DNA from: Octopus vulgaris
Taxonomy: Eukaryota
Direction of reading: 5' to 3'
DNA length: 64,000 nucleotides
NCBI GenBank assembly: GCA_951406725.2
Contig: OX597816.1
Location: 134,416,001-134,480,000 of the forward strand
Below the pieces are notes generated by a model that saw only the letters and a list, made by a program, of their open reading frames with translations, was not told the origin of the DNA and searched no databases. Position 1 is the first letter of the stretch. Every line of letters begins with the position of its first letter. The position numbers were made by a program, and so were the translations under genes. Positions 26,441-39,087 of this stretch are shown piece after piece.

Positions 26441-26527
26441 GGGTATATAAAAAAAGTTTTTTGATTGAAATTCTTTCTTTGCAATGAGCAATATAAAGAA
26501 ACATTGAGAATACAGGAAAATTCTTAC

Positions 26528-26626
26528 TGTGACATCAGCTGAGGCAAAATGAATTTCATGTCTTCATATACTGCCTTGTATTGCATACATGTAGCTGTTG
26601 GGTTGATAATAACTTCAACTTCTCCT
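26528..26626 (-). CDS. CNBD2-like, coding exon 6
   Basis: ttttatag|A GGA GAA GTT...TCA CA|gtaaga; GEVEVIINPTATCMQYKAVYEDMKFILPQLMS. Confidence 0.85.
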
Positions 26627-26929
26627 CTATAAAATTCATAAAAATAGACGTATTTATTCTATGAAAAAATATTGAAAAAATAATTTTTTAAGCATTTTTA
26701 AAATATTTCATTCATGATAGTATATTTCAGCTACTTGCTGGATAAAAATTAGAAGAAATGATAATATTAAAAATGTACCTTGTAGACTAGCATGTACTGT
26801 CATCATGGAAACTAAAATTGAAAAATTAAATGTTTTCCAATAATATTGAGAATTTTCAAAGATTTGTTTGAAATTTTAAAAAGGACTAGCTCCACTGGCT
26901 ACCATATGAACTGTGTATAACAAGCCTTA

Positions 26930-27330
26930 TATCTTTCATCTTTAATCTGTTTCAGTCATTTGATTGTGGCCATGTTGGGGCACAACCTTGAAGAACTTTT
27001 AGTAGACTGAATCAACCCCAGTATTTATTATTTCTTTTTAAGCTTGGTACTTATTCTATCCGTCTCTTATTGCTGAACCACTAAGTTATAGGGATGTAAA
27101 CAAACCAGTACTGGCTGCCAAGCAGTGGTGGGGGACAAACAAAGACACACAGACACATATATATGATGGGCTTCTTTCAGTTTCCATCTACCATATCCAT
27201 TCACAAGGCTTTGGCTGGCCTGAGGTTATAGTGGAAGAAGACACTTGCCCTAGGTGCCACACAGTGGGACTGAGCCCAGACCCATGTAGTTGGGAAGCAG
27301 GCTTCTTACCACATAGCCTCACCTGCACCT
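26930..27330 (-). mobile_element. SINE family A
   Basis: Homology to 37635-38033. Confidence 0.85.
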
Positions 27331-27728
27331 ATATTTCATCCATCTTCACTTTCTGAGTTCAAATTCCACAGAGGATAACTTTGCCTTTCATCTGTTCAGG
27401 ATCAACAAAATAAGGGCCAGTTAAGAACTGGGGTTGATGTAATCAATTTCTTCCTTGGTTTGATTGCTGGCCTTGTGCCAGAATTCAAGACCAGTATATA
27501 TGGGTTATGATAAGAATCACTTCTATATTAATATGTGTGTGTATATATATATAATTAATTCTTTTATTTTGTTATTTTATTATTTATATATATATATAAT
27601 AAATGCGAATGTCAGTGTGTCATGCTTTTTCAACTTTACTCCTAGAAGCCATAGCCCAACATATACCATTTTGGAATCAGACCTGTTTGTGATGCCCTAG
27701 TGTGTTTAGTAGAGGACACTAAGGCATC

Positions 27729-27786
<58 letters not shown>

Positions 27787-28218
27787 TTATGAGAGGTAAT
27801 GGTGTCAGGAAAACCCAAAGGTGTCAGGTAATGCTGAGTAAGTACTATGGACAGACTATAATTAAGCTCCAGTTCTGTGAGTAAATTAAAAACATTCCAG
27901 GCCAAATCCAGACCTGCAATCCTGAAATTTTGGATTCACAAGTTTTCATTACTGCGATTGTTACTGATGATTTTTTTACATGATTTTTTTGCAACAAATT
28001 TTTTTGTATGATAACAGTTTTTATAACTTGGAAATAAATTATGAGAATAATCAAAATTAATTGTGAAATCTGGCATTATTTTTGGCAATTTTTTAATGTC
28101 ATTTTTTTGCAACGAATTTGATCATAATTGAGATATGACTCTGGAGGAAGCAATTGTAACAAATTCTCCAAAACAAGTCATTGGGCGGCTTTTAAGCTAG
28201 TATATATATATATATATA

Positions 28219-28809
28219 GACTTCTTGTGGAGAATGGCGATTTGACGTCTATATCTAGCATGTTGACTGTCCACTTTTTCGTGTTCAGTCCTTAATTGGT
28301 ATATATAAATATTTTAATCTTCAGATTCTTTCTTTAATATGCTAGACCACTGGTTCTAATTGATAAATATCAATTTTTACCCTAAATTTAATGTTATATA
28401 AATATTTGTTCTCTAACCGATAAATTAACTGCTGCTAACTATTAGCTGCAGGCTAGTTTTCTCGGGTCTCATCGCGCCAAGATTAGAGACATTTGAAATA
28501 TATATTTCAAATGTAATAGGCCGTACTCCATGCACGCGATATTTCGGTATCATGTTGGCATTTAGTACAGCAAATTACATTTTATATGGGACCATGCTGA
28601 TGATGGCTGCACTTTTCCTTGCGGAAAATAACAGCCGGAACTGAATTTAGTACATGGGTAAATATTTATTTCGTATATTTTTCACTTGTTTATTGTTTTG
28701 GTTTTGTGTTGAGTTTGATCTGAGAACATAGACTTTTTGTGGAGAATGGCGATTTGACGTCTATATCCAGCATGTTGACTGTCCACTTTTTCGTGTTCAG
28801 TCCTTAATT

Positions 28810-28812
<3 letters not shown>
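28219..28812 (+). mobile_element. Non-coding, terminally redundant HHR element (retrozyme-like or solo pLTR) in (TA)n
   Basis: 82-bp direct repeats 28219-28300 and 28731-28812 (2 mismatches, period 512), (TA)n on both sides, internal HHR. Confidence 0.8.
28592..28657 (+). ncRNA. Type I hammerhead ribozyme (GAAA>GGAA variant)
   Basis: CCAUG-CUGAUGA-U-GGCUG[UUUUCC-UUGC-GGAAAA hairpin]CAGCC-GGAA-CUGAAUUUAG-UA^CAUGG; near-palindromic stem III. Confidence 0.75.
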
Positions 28813-28844
<32 letters not shown>

Positions 28845-28878
28845 ATGATGATGATATATATATATATGATGATGATTA

Positions 28879-28928
<50 letters not shown>

Positions 28929-28950
28929 ATATAATATAATATAATATAAT

Positions 28951-29080
28951 ATAAGGAAATAATTTTATTTTCAAATGCAGGATAATGCTTAATAATATAG
29001 CATGAATAGGATAAACCACCCATATTTCTGCAAAATATGGGTAGTTTATACTGCATTTGAGAATAAAATAATTTCCTTAT
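28951..29080. mobile_element. 130-bp palindromic MITE
   Basis: 30-bp TIRs ATAAGGAAATAATTTTATTTTCAAATGCAG / CTGCATTTGAGAATAAAATAATTTCCTTAT plus an internal hairpin. Confidence 0.7.
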
Positions 29081-29243
29081 CTTTCAATACATCTCAACAC
29101 TTCAAAAGCAAACTTTGTTTACTGTCATCACAATTTGAATTTATACATATATACAGTTATGGTATAGTCTGTTAAAACTCATCCACCTTCAGAGTTACCC
29201 TGTGCTATCCAGTAGTAGTATTATATGTACTTCCAGGTTTGTG

Positions 29244-29286
<43 letters not shown>

Positions 29287-29313
29287 TTGAATAAATGCTG
29301 ATAGTTAACTTAC

Positions 29314-29623
29314 TCTAAAATAAAGTAAGTTTTATCAAGAGGAGATCCTTGTTTCACAATAGTATTTCCATATTGAAATGTTTCCTTCTTTAGACAGATA
29401 ATTAACTGACGTCTGGTTTTGTGTGCAAGACCTTTGAATAGAGGATTGTCAAGTACAAACTTGCGACGTTCTATGTAGTCTCTCTCCAAGGTTTCACGCA
29501 CTGATCGGTTGTACAATTCTTGGTCAATGACTATCAGGTCTGTTTCTTCATCCACAACAACACTTGCTATGCGTACACAATCCTTCTTGATAAGAGCCAG
29601 TTCTCCAACCACAGAGCTAGCAC
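29314..29623 (-). CDS. CNBD2-like, coding exon 5
   Basis: tgtgtag|...TTA GA|gtaagt; VGELALIKKDCVRIASVV (phosphate-binding cassette GE.AL...R.A) then the start of the second domain IVKQGSPLDKTYFIL. Confidence 0.95.
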
Positions 29624-30281
29624 CTACACAATATATATATAAGTAGCTGTTGTTAATATAACATTGATGAAAATCATCATTAGTACTTCAAAATAATTTA
29701 AATCATATTTTTTTTAATTATCAGTAAATACAATTTTCACACATTTTCACAGCAAATACAAATTTTCAAATTTTATTCTATCAGAACATATATAGTTCAT
29801 ATTGTTTAGTTGTAATTACATTATTAAATACTAGAACATTATTATAAAAACATACATTAATTGTTCCCATAAAACATGACATTCCCTTATACTTTTGAAA
29901 GCCTAAGCATTTTTATCTTTTTGAAAGCCTAAACACATCTATCTTCTTTGAAAGCCTAAATAGCTAATTGCTACTTTATTTATACTTAATTCAATCAGAA
30001 TGTCTTACATATTTTTTATTTCATTGGAAAACTTCAGATATATTTTCACCCTATCAGAACTTGTTATACAGTGTTCTCAAAAAACATTAATAAACACCGA
30101 TAGGGTTTATTTTATAGACACAGGATGGCTCAAATAAAACATGTTTTAACTCAGTCATATATTAACTAATAATATTCTAGGTAGTAACATATCTACTTAT
30201 TCTTAATATGTTCTGACAGATTTAAACAAGAACATCTGATTGTTGATTTTCACCACATGAAAATGCCTTCTTCCTTTAGAT

Positions 30282-30634
30282 CAGTGGTTCTCAACTGGGG
30301 CTCATATGGCCCCTGAAGGTTCATATAAGATTTTGGAATGTCCACAGAACAAAATAGTAAAATGGGGATTCACAATAGTATTTTAAGGGCCCTTGAAAAA
30401 AATTTTGTTTTAGATGTATATAATGGTATGTATTGCAAGAAACAGCTAGATTTCTTTCTCTAATATTTTACATAGTTTAACCTATACAAGTTAATTGTGA
30501 AAACCAAAATAGAAATTTTGAAAGAAGCTTCTATAATACAAGTTTTTAAACATTGAATGGCTATGGGGGTTCACCAGAATAAAATAGTAATCAAAGAGAT
30601 CCAAAGATAAAAAAAAAATGGTTGAGAACCCTTG
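30282..30634. mobile_element. hAT (Charlie-like) MITE
   Basis: TIRs CAGTGGTTCTCAAC / GTTGAGAACCCTTG; perfect 8-bp TSD CTTTAGAT. Confidence 0.9.
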
Positions 30635-30890
30635 CTTTAGATGATCTGTGTTTTTAACATCATGTGTCACCAATTCAGCTGTGTAAAGAGACTTTGAGAC
30701 ACACCGTGTTTTGGCTTCATTGTGTGCCCCTGAAATGAAGCAGCCCTATGGTCAGACCAATGAATCATACAGGAGCACGAGTTCTTATTTATAACAATTA
30801 GCAAAACAGCTATTTGCTGATGTTTACTGATGTTTTGACAAACAGATATTAATTAACTATCAGCAACCAAAGAAGTGCTTGTAATGAATT

Positions 30891-31083
30891 ATAATTAGCA
30901 CATTCAACCTAAATTGGATGTGTTGTTTAGAATGTGTTTAACTGCCGTAAATATCCAGAGATACTATCTCATGTGCTAATTAAGCACCAACTATATTGGC
31001 TGATGAAATGATTATCTGCACCGTTACAGTAGTTTAAAATATTCTAAACAAGAGATCCAATTTAGGATGGTTGTGCTAATTAT
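30891..31083. repeat. Diverged fold-back (MITE-like) inverted repeat
   Basis: ATAATTAGCAC...CCTAAATTGGAT..TTGTTTAGAAT pairs with ATTCTAAACAA..ATCCAATTTAGG...GTGCTAATTAT. Confidence 0.7.
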
Positions 31084-31809
31084 TAGATATTAATTCACGG
31101 GGTACATATATAACAGCGAGAATCCAAACAATAACATATCTATTCGTTCTATTCATTCATTTACCCCATGAATTATTGTCTTCCATCTAAAATTGTGTAT
31201 TTACTATCAATGATAGGAAAAAAGACATGAAAATGCTACTATAGAAGTTGATGAATGAAAAGGATGGTGGAATAGGGAAGTATAGCCCTAACTGAAACAA
31301 CCACAGGGATCAGCTATCAAGCTTAGTTTCAATATAGTTGATAAGATTATTAAGGAAACTAAAGGAAAATATCAGGTCCATCAGATACCCTGATAGTATT
31401 AACATCGGTTAGATGTAGGCCATAGGTGGTGCAATGAGTTATTCCAAGATTGATGTAGTATTATCAACATTAACTGTTACACAAGAGAACAGGATAATTA
31501 AATTTGCTTTAATCAACAGCCAAATCTCTCTCCATACACACCCTACCATCTTCAAAAGAAAGACACATCAGATAATATAGTCTTAAAACACTGTGCCAGA
31601 AAAGAAAAATGGGATGATAGCAACTGGATCACAGGTCTGATCAACAGGATTGACATGGGATGAACCTACTGCTGGAGCATAGGGAAGGGAAATAGTTACA
31701 AACACCAGGAACTCTCATAACTCAAAAAGTTATTGCTTTGTTAGCAACCAGCTTGAACTCTCTTAAGAACTTAAATTAATCTCAAAGAACAATCATTCAT
31801 TTGTTCACT

Positions 31810-32003
31810 CATTCATACGTACATACATATGTACATACAAACAACATACATACGTACATACATACACACATACGTACACACATACATATATGCACATATA
31901 TATGTACATGCATACGTACATGCATACACACATACATACGTACATACATACATACATGCATGCATGCATACGTACATACATGCATACAGACATACATACA
32001 TAT
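31810..32003. repeat. (CATA)n-type microsatellite
   Basis: Direct reading; similar tract at 33457-33550. Confidence 0.9.
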
Positions 32004-32162
32004 GACATGCTTTTGTGGCATTTCAATCAAACCACATTGTACTTGCAAAGCATCGAGCAATCGAAGGCAGCCGTAGAGGACACTAAAGCATCACAAAATG
32101 AGATCAAATGCAGAACCAAATTATTGTAAAGTAATGCATATTCAGATGTTTATAAAACTTAC

Positions 32163-32308
32163 CTGTGCTTGCCTTATATTCTCCTAATATAGACCTATCT
32201 TCTAGTAGTTCACCTTTACACATGGAATTTATCACATTTAATTGGTCAACATCATTTAATAAATCTTGAACATAGATTGACAGCAAGCCTTTCAGAACAA
32301 TGAACATT
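32163..32308 (-). CDS. CNBD2-like, coding exon 4
   Basis: tctttag|A ATG TTC ATT GTT CTG AAA GGC...ACA G|gtaagt; MFIVLKGLLSIYV (cNMP 'FIVL.G.V' strand). Confidence 0.9.
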
Positions 32309-32634
32309 CTAAAGAGACAAAGAAAATATTTAACCAATAAATAATGATATTTGACAGTAAAACATAACTATATTGGTTTTAAATTATGGCACAAGGCCAG
32401 CAGTTTCAGGGAGTGGGTAAGTCAATTACATCGACCCCCCCCCCCCCCACATCAGTACTCAACTGGTACTTATTTTGTCAACCATGAAAATATGAAAGGC
32501 GAAGATGACACTGACAGCACTTAAATTCAGAATGTAAAGACAAACAAAATGCCACCGAGCATTTTGCCTGATGGGCTAACCTTTTCTGCCAGCTCATCAC
32601 CTTAGTAAAACAGCAATACTAACTATTATCAATA

Positions 32635-32968
32635 ACAGCATGTGTAACACATATTCACCGTGATCACCATGACCAACCAGGCTATCAGATGTTGCTACAC
32701 ACTGCTCGTCACAATGTGCTTCACATTGTTTTAGCCTTTGAATGATGCCACCCCACTGGCTAAGCGAGGAGGCCAACAGAAGAAAGAGTGAGAGAAAGTT
32801 GTGGCGAAAGAGTACAGTAGGGATCGCCACCACCCCCTGCCGGAGCCTTGTGGAGCTTTAGGTGTTTTCGCTCAATAAACACATTCACCACACCCGGTAT
32901 GGTAATCGAAACCGCAATCCTACAATCGCGAGTCCGCTGCCCTAGCCACTGGGCCATTGCACCTCCAC
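32635..32968 (-). mobile_element. SINE family D-related copy
   Basis: Same head and body as 50533-50850, different tail; a further relative lies at ~22635-22910 (-). Confidence 0.85.
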
Positions 32969-33940
32969 ATAACAGATATTAACCCTCCAAAAACACACAA
33001 AGACTGTTATATTCACTTTAACATTTATTATTTAGTATCTAATAAGAAAGATGCAGTGGAACTGCAACAGTAACCAGGTTGCAGTTGATACAACAAAAGT
33101 TTTTGACACCAAATAATAAATGTTTCAGTAATGTCAACAAGTTTTGTGCATTTTTGAATGACTAATATGTCTTCTTTGTAATTGATTTAGTTTAAACACA
33201 TAGTCTCAAATCAAATCATTTGCTTGATGAGCACATCTCTAAAATCATGTTATCAGTATCTTATTAGATAAGGAAAGATGTCAAAGCTGGTAAGGAATCA
33301 AACAGAACACCTTGCAGAATTTTGTTTCGTCCATTTACCTTATGAATTCAAGTTCCAACTGAAGTCAAGTTTGGTTTCACTCTCCCAGAGTTGATAAACA
33401 TGGTACCAGTTAAGTACTGGGATTGATATAATTGGTTACACTATCCACAAAATTTATACACACACACATACATATATATACATACATACATACATACATA
33501 CATACGTACATACATACATACATACATACATAAATACATACATACATATGTACATCATACATATGTCTACTATGTATGTATAGTATTTCACTCTCTTGAT
33601 CCAGTATCATGCCTCATATCTCTGAGATCCAACATATTAATATCTAACTTCACTATTTTCTCTCATATCTTTCAGAGTCACAAATAGCTTTCACTATCAA
33701 CACACATGGCATGTTTTTCACCCAAAACTTATCATTCATTTAGATTACACCTCCATTCTGGAGCAATTGTATCACTTGTGTTAGCTATTGACTGATGTTT
33801 TTATTTACCCTAACTCTTTCAGTTTATTCATGCTCTGGATTTTGTTAGATTTAGCAACCAAATCTCCTTCAATCACACCTTACCAACTAAAAAAAAAGAC
33901 ACATTGAAACATAATGAAATGAAAGAGTTAAAATAATATT

Positions 33941-34797
33941 TGTGAGGTGGTATCAAAAAGTTCCTAAACTAGTTCTGTAGGATGCCAACAGATGGCAGCA
34001 CATGGTTGCAAGCATAGTGAGAGCTAGCAGTGACCATGAGGCAGTGTGCCAAGTGACATTGTTGTGTTTACTTTGCAAGTTGTGAAATTTGTGTTTTTGT
34101 AAACATTTGTGCTGTAGTAAGCGATTTTGTTATGGACAGGAACAAAAAGCCAGCATAAAATTTTGTGTTAAACTTGGAAAGTTGTACACAATGTTTCAAG
34201 TGGCATGGGTGTTTCAAAAATGGAAGAACATCTCTGGAAGACGATGAGTGATCTAGAAGATCTGCCACAAGTGTCACCCCAAGAAATGTAGTATTTTGCA
34301 TTGAGAATTCATCCCCCAAGGCCAGACCATCAATCAAGAGTTCTACCATGACATTTTAAAGCATTTGAGGAAGGACATTTGGCTAAAGCAACTGGATCTG
34401 TGGAACACGAATGATTGGATTCTTCACAACAATGCATCTAGTCACTGTGCTCTCCTCACTCGCGAGTTTCTTACCAAAACCATGGTATAGCATCTGCACT
34501 TGCCCTATTCACCAGATTTTGCACCAGTGGACTGCCATCTCTACTCCAAGATGAAAATGCAGCTTAAAGGTCACTGTTTTAATACCATTGTCGGGATCCA
34601 GAGTGAACCGCAGAAGGCCCTTGACTCACTAACAGGAAACAACTTCCAAGTTGGATTCTAAAAGTGGCAGGAATGCTGGAACCAGAGTATTGCTGCACAA
34701 GATGACTATTTCAAAGGTGATGATGTTAAAACTTAGGTAAATAAGTTATTTTCTATTAAACATAGCTAATTTGGGAACTTTTTCATACTCTCTCGTA
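33941..34797 (+). mobile_element. Internally deleted mariner element (second family)
   Basis: TIR-like GAGG.GGTATCAAAAAGTTCC / GGAACTTTTTCATACTCTCTCGTA; FIPQGQTINQEFY, PYSPDFAP.D.HL. Confidence 0.85.
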
Positions 34798-34900
34798 TTT
34801 GTCATTATGCACATGAAATATGTTGCATGACTGTCATACTCCACTTAAGATATTTCTGATTAAGTTAAATGAAACAAAAACTACAATACAGATCTCTCTC

Positions 34901-34950
<50 letters not shown>

Positions 34951-35837
34951 CTCAGCTCAGCTTAACTTTACTCAACAGCCATTGCTCTGAAGTAAAATAA
35001 AATATTAACTCACTATTAATCAGTGTAAGCTACAGTGATATCTCAATGGGAACTAATTGCAATGATCCCAACTTACAATCTCTTTGTACAAACTATCAAA
35101 TTCATTGTTTGTACCACGTAAAAAGCACCCAGTACACTCTATAAAGTAGTTGACATTAGGAATGGCATCAAGTCATAGAAACCAAGCCAAAACAGAGTTT
35201 TTGGAACCTGGTGCGGCCCCCCTGGCCTTACCAGTTCTTGTCAAGCCATCCAACCCATGCCAGCATCAAAAACGGGTGTTAAATGTTGATGAAGATGATG
35301 ATGATGATGATGAAAGTGTTCTGAGATATATTCCCGTAGATGTTACAGTTGGTGTACCAACTAAACATACATTAATCACACTGGTGATCAGGCAATTTAT
35401 TTATTTCTTCTTTATCATTGGTCAATGTCAACTTGTAAAAGTTAGATCTGATTTTCTCTCCATATTATCCAATTCATTGTTAATTACTGTCTAAGTAGTA
35501 ATTTATAAAAGTCAAAATTAGCTCTGACATTCCAAGGTAAAGTTTTTATTAATTTTTGTTTTTTTCTTTTTAAAGTGCCTTTAGCAGAGTGCACTCTGTT
35601 ACATGCAGTAGTGCCTGACCTCTTTAATGTGGATACCTTCTTCCCATTAATCTCAAAGTCCCTGGAAAAACTTACTGGCACTTTGCTTTTCCCTCTGACT
35701 GAGTTATGTGTTATGGAGGTGTGGTGTGGTGTGGTGGTAAACCAGGCAAGATATTAAGTCTACTACCTAAACTTGTTCTAATAATCATCAATCACTTGAC
35801 ACTTTCCCTTTGTTTCTCATTTTTAATTTTTGTTGCT

Positions 35838-36050
35838 AAGGCATTGAGCTGACAGAATAGTTAGCATGCTGGGCAAACTGCTTAATGGCATTTTGTCCAT
35901 TTTTAAATTCTGGGTTCAAATTCTGCCACGGTCAACTATGCTTGTTATCCCTTTTGGGGTTCATAAAATGAGTACCAGTTGAACACTGGGTTGATGCAAT
36001 TGACTTACTCCCTGCTACAAAATTACTGGCCTTATGCCAAAATTTGAAAT
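35838..36050 (+). mobile_element. tRNA-derived SINE family C (GCCTTTCATCC..GGGGTCGATAAAATAAGTACCAG-type core)
   Basis: Head GAGCTG.CAGAAT.GTTAGC, B box GTTCAAATTC; other copies at ~6380-6590(+), 12590-12750(-), 27335-27495(+), 32372-32600(-), 36990-37195(-), 38725-38945(-). Confidence 0.85.
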
Positions 36051-36084
36051 CATTTTTAATTTTCTTTGCGAGAACTAACAATCA

Positions 36085-36295
36085 TTTCTACTATAGACAT
36101 AAGGCTTGAAATTTTGGGGAAAGGGGAGGTCTAGTCATTTACATTGACCCCAGTGCTCAACTGGTACTTATTTCATCAACTCCCAAAAGGATGAAAAGCA
36201 AAGTAGGGCTTCTTGGAATTTGAACTTAGAACATAAAGACAGATGAAATGCCACTAAACTTTTTGTCTAGCATGTTAACAATTCTGCCAACTTGC
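36085..36295 (-). mobile_element. SINE family C, inverted relative to its neighbour
   Basis: Reverse-complement homology to 35838-36050. Confidence 0.8.
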
Positions 36296-36397
36296 TGCTT
36301 TTTTCTGAGAACTAATAATGAACACAGGCAAAATGAGTAAGTGGTGGTGGAGAGACAGAATAATAATAACATCAAAAAAATATTTAAATATTTACAT

Positions 36398-36607
36398 AAC
36401 ATTGAACGATTTAAAAGGCCAAACAATGCAAATAGATTTTAAGATAAGGTAACGTAAACTAAAAGTAAGTTACCTGGTAATCTTTGGTCATATATGTATC
36501 CAATATTTGGGACATACAAGTTCCTTCTTCAGGTAACTTACTTTAGTTTACGTTACCTCATCTTAAAATCTATTTGCATTGTTTGGCCTTTTAAATCTTT
36601 CAACGTT
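36398..36607. repeat. Fold-back element with ~78-bp arms
   Basis: 36398-36476 is the near-perfect reverse complement of 36530-36607. Confidence 0.85.
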
Positions 36608-37207
36608 GTATTCCATATACAATGCTTCAAGCAAACTATAAAATCTTATTTAAATATTTATTCAAACTCTTTATATTTTAAGTTCAAATCTTGCTAAAGT
36701 CAATTTTGCCTTTCATATTTCCCGGGTTGATAAAATGAAGTTCCAACCAAATACTGACATTGATGGAACCAAATTAACCACCACCCCTTAAAAGTGCTGG
36801 CCCTTTTGACTAAATAAAAAACAATTTGTTACTAAATGTTTAAATTAGTCCAGTTCACCTCATAGAAATAGACCCCATTATAATTTTCTAGTTTTCTTTA
36901 TTTCCACAAACAGAACCACTTCCACTAACTGGTTGTCCAGTACTGACTTAGCCATCCACTCTTTTCATCACCATCAATATGAGAATAAATATTCTTTCAA
37001 ATTTTGGCTCAAAGCTAACAGTTTTAGGGAAGGGAACAAGTTGATTGAATCAAACCCCATGCTCAGCTGGTACTTATTTTATCGACCCCGTAAGGATGAA
37101 AGGCAAAGTCAACTACAGAAGAATTTGAACTAAGAAAGTAAAGATTGAAGAAATGCTGCTAAGCATTTTGCCCTGCATACTAATTATTCTGTCATGTTTT
37201 CTATATG

Positions 37208-38342
37208 CAAGCATAGCTGTGTGGTTAAAAAGCTTATTTTGTAAGCATGTAGTCTTGAGTTCAGTCTCACTGTACAGCATCTTGGGCAAGTGTCTTCTAC
37301 TATAGCTCTAGGCTGACCAATACCTTGAGAGTGAAATTACTAGACAGAAATTATGTGTAAGCCTAGTTTGTGTGTGTGTGAGTGCACGTGTGCATGTCTT
37401 TAGGTTTGTGTTTGCCCCACACTGTCACCACATTTTGGTTTGTTTATGTCCCTGCAACTTAGCGGTTTGGCAAAAGACACCAATAGAATAACTGTCAAAC
37501 TTCAAAAAATTAAGTAGTGGGCTTAATTTGTTTGACTAAACATTTCAAAACAGTGCCCTGACATAGCTGCAGTCCAGTGTCACTCCATTGGTTATGATGA
37601 CAAGGGTTCCAGTTGATCTCATTAATGAAACAGTTTTACTCTTTTACTCTTTTATTTGTTTCAGTCATTTGACTGTGGCCATGCTGGAGCACCATCATTA
37701 GTCAAGCAAATCGACCCCAGGACTTATTCTTTTTAAGCCTAGTACTTATTCTATCAGTCTCTTTTGCCGAACTGCTAAGTTACGGAGACGTAAACATACC
37801 AGCATCAGTTGTCAAGCGATGTTGGGGGGACAAACACAGACACAAACACACACACACGCATACATATATATACGACGGGCTTTCAGTTTCCTTCTACCAA
37901 ATCCACTCACAAGGCTTTACTATAGCCCGGGGCTATAGTAGAAGACACTTGCCCAAGGTGCCATGCAGTGGGACTGAACCCGGAACCATGTGGTTGGTGA
38001 ACAAGCTACTTACCACACAGACACTCCTGCGCCTTTGTTTGTGAAGTTATTATGTAAGTGGCTGAGCACTCCACAGACATGCATACCTTTGATGTAGTTC
38101 TCAGAGAGATTCAGTGTGACACAGAATGTGACAAAGCTGGCTCTTTGAATTACAGGTACCATTCATTTTTGCCAGCTGAGTGGACTGAAGCAATGTGAAA
38201 TAAAGTATCTTACTTAAGGACACAATGCACCACTAGGAATCGAACCCACAACCTTACAACCATGAGCTGAATACCCTAACCACTAAACCATGCACCATCA
38301 CTGTCCCATGACTGAAACAAGTAAAAAATAGAAAGATAAAGA
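37208..38342 (+). mobile_element. SINE family A (+) split by nested insertions
   Basis: Head/body 37208-37579; tail ATGACTGAAACAAGTAAAA resumes at ~38308; a different minus-strand tRNA-SINE spans 37580-38300. Confidence 0.8.
37635..38033 (-). mobile_element. tRNA-derived SINE family A (internal CA/TA microsatellite; tail ...GACTGAAACAAGTAAAAGA), full-length copy
   Basis: A/B-box head TGTGTGGTAAG...GGTTCAGTCCC, CTTGGGCAAGTGTCTT box; at least 10 copies in the window. Confidence 0.9.
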
Positions 38343-38401
38343 TAGTAGTTGGAAAAAATTGTCACACAGTAAAATGTTAAATTGTAGATGAAATTACATA
38401 C

Positions 38402-38489
38402 TTTTCTCCAATTTCTCCTTGTTTAATAATCAACTCATTCGCCTTTTTTCTTTCAAATTTACAATTCCTTATGACATCTGTAATAGTTT
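38402..38489 (-). CDS. CNBD2-like, coding exon 3
   Basis: ctttccag|...GAA AA|gtatgt; ETITDVIRNCKFERKKANELIIKQGEIGE (cNMP 'IIKQGE.G' motif). Confidence 0.9.
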
Positions 38490-39048
38490 CTGGAAAGAAT
38501 AAGTTATATTTAGCTACACAAAAATCTGTTCCAGCCATGTAGGTCAAAACTCAGTCACAGTAGAAGTATAAATATCTGAATCAGTTTTTATGAAACATAT
38601 CAATCATTGACTGATATCATCAATAGAATGCAACATCTTATGAAGATATCGAAAAAAATCCTCAGAAAGATTTCTTACCTGAAAAATGGGTAAAAGTTAA
38701 TGACAGGACAAGCAGTTAGCTGTAAAATAATCTTTTCTACTAAAGACACAAGGCCTGAAATTTGGTGGGAGGGGACTAGTTGATTGCATCAACCCCAGTG
38801 TTCACTTGTGGTTAATTTATCGACCTCAAAAGAATGAAAAACAAGGTTGACCTCAGCAGAATTTGAACTCAGAATGCAGCAACAGGTGAAATACTGATAA
38901 GCATTTCGTGCAGCATGCCAACAATTCTGCCAACTCATCACCTTGTAAAATAATGTCTTAATAATAAATACTCACCCAACCCCAATACTAGCTTGGAAAC
39001 AGATGTCAAATAAATCAACAAATATTTATGAATATATGCATGTGTATT

Positions 39049-39083
<35 letters not shown>

Positions 39084-39087
<4 letters not shown>

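Noticed and set aside
30690-30760. Hairpin GCUUCAU/AUGAAGC followed by CAAAAC...GUC on - as a hammerhead
   Set aside because: No CUGANGA adjacent to the stem and no stem I.
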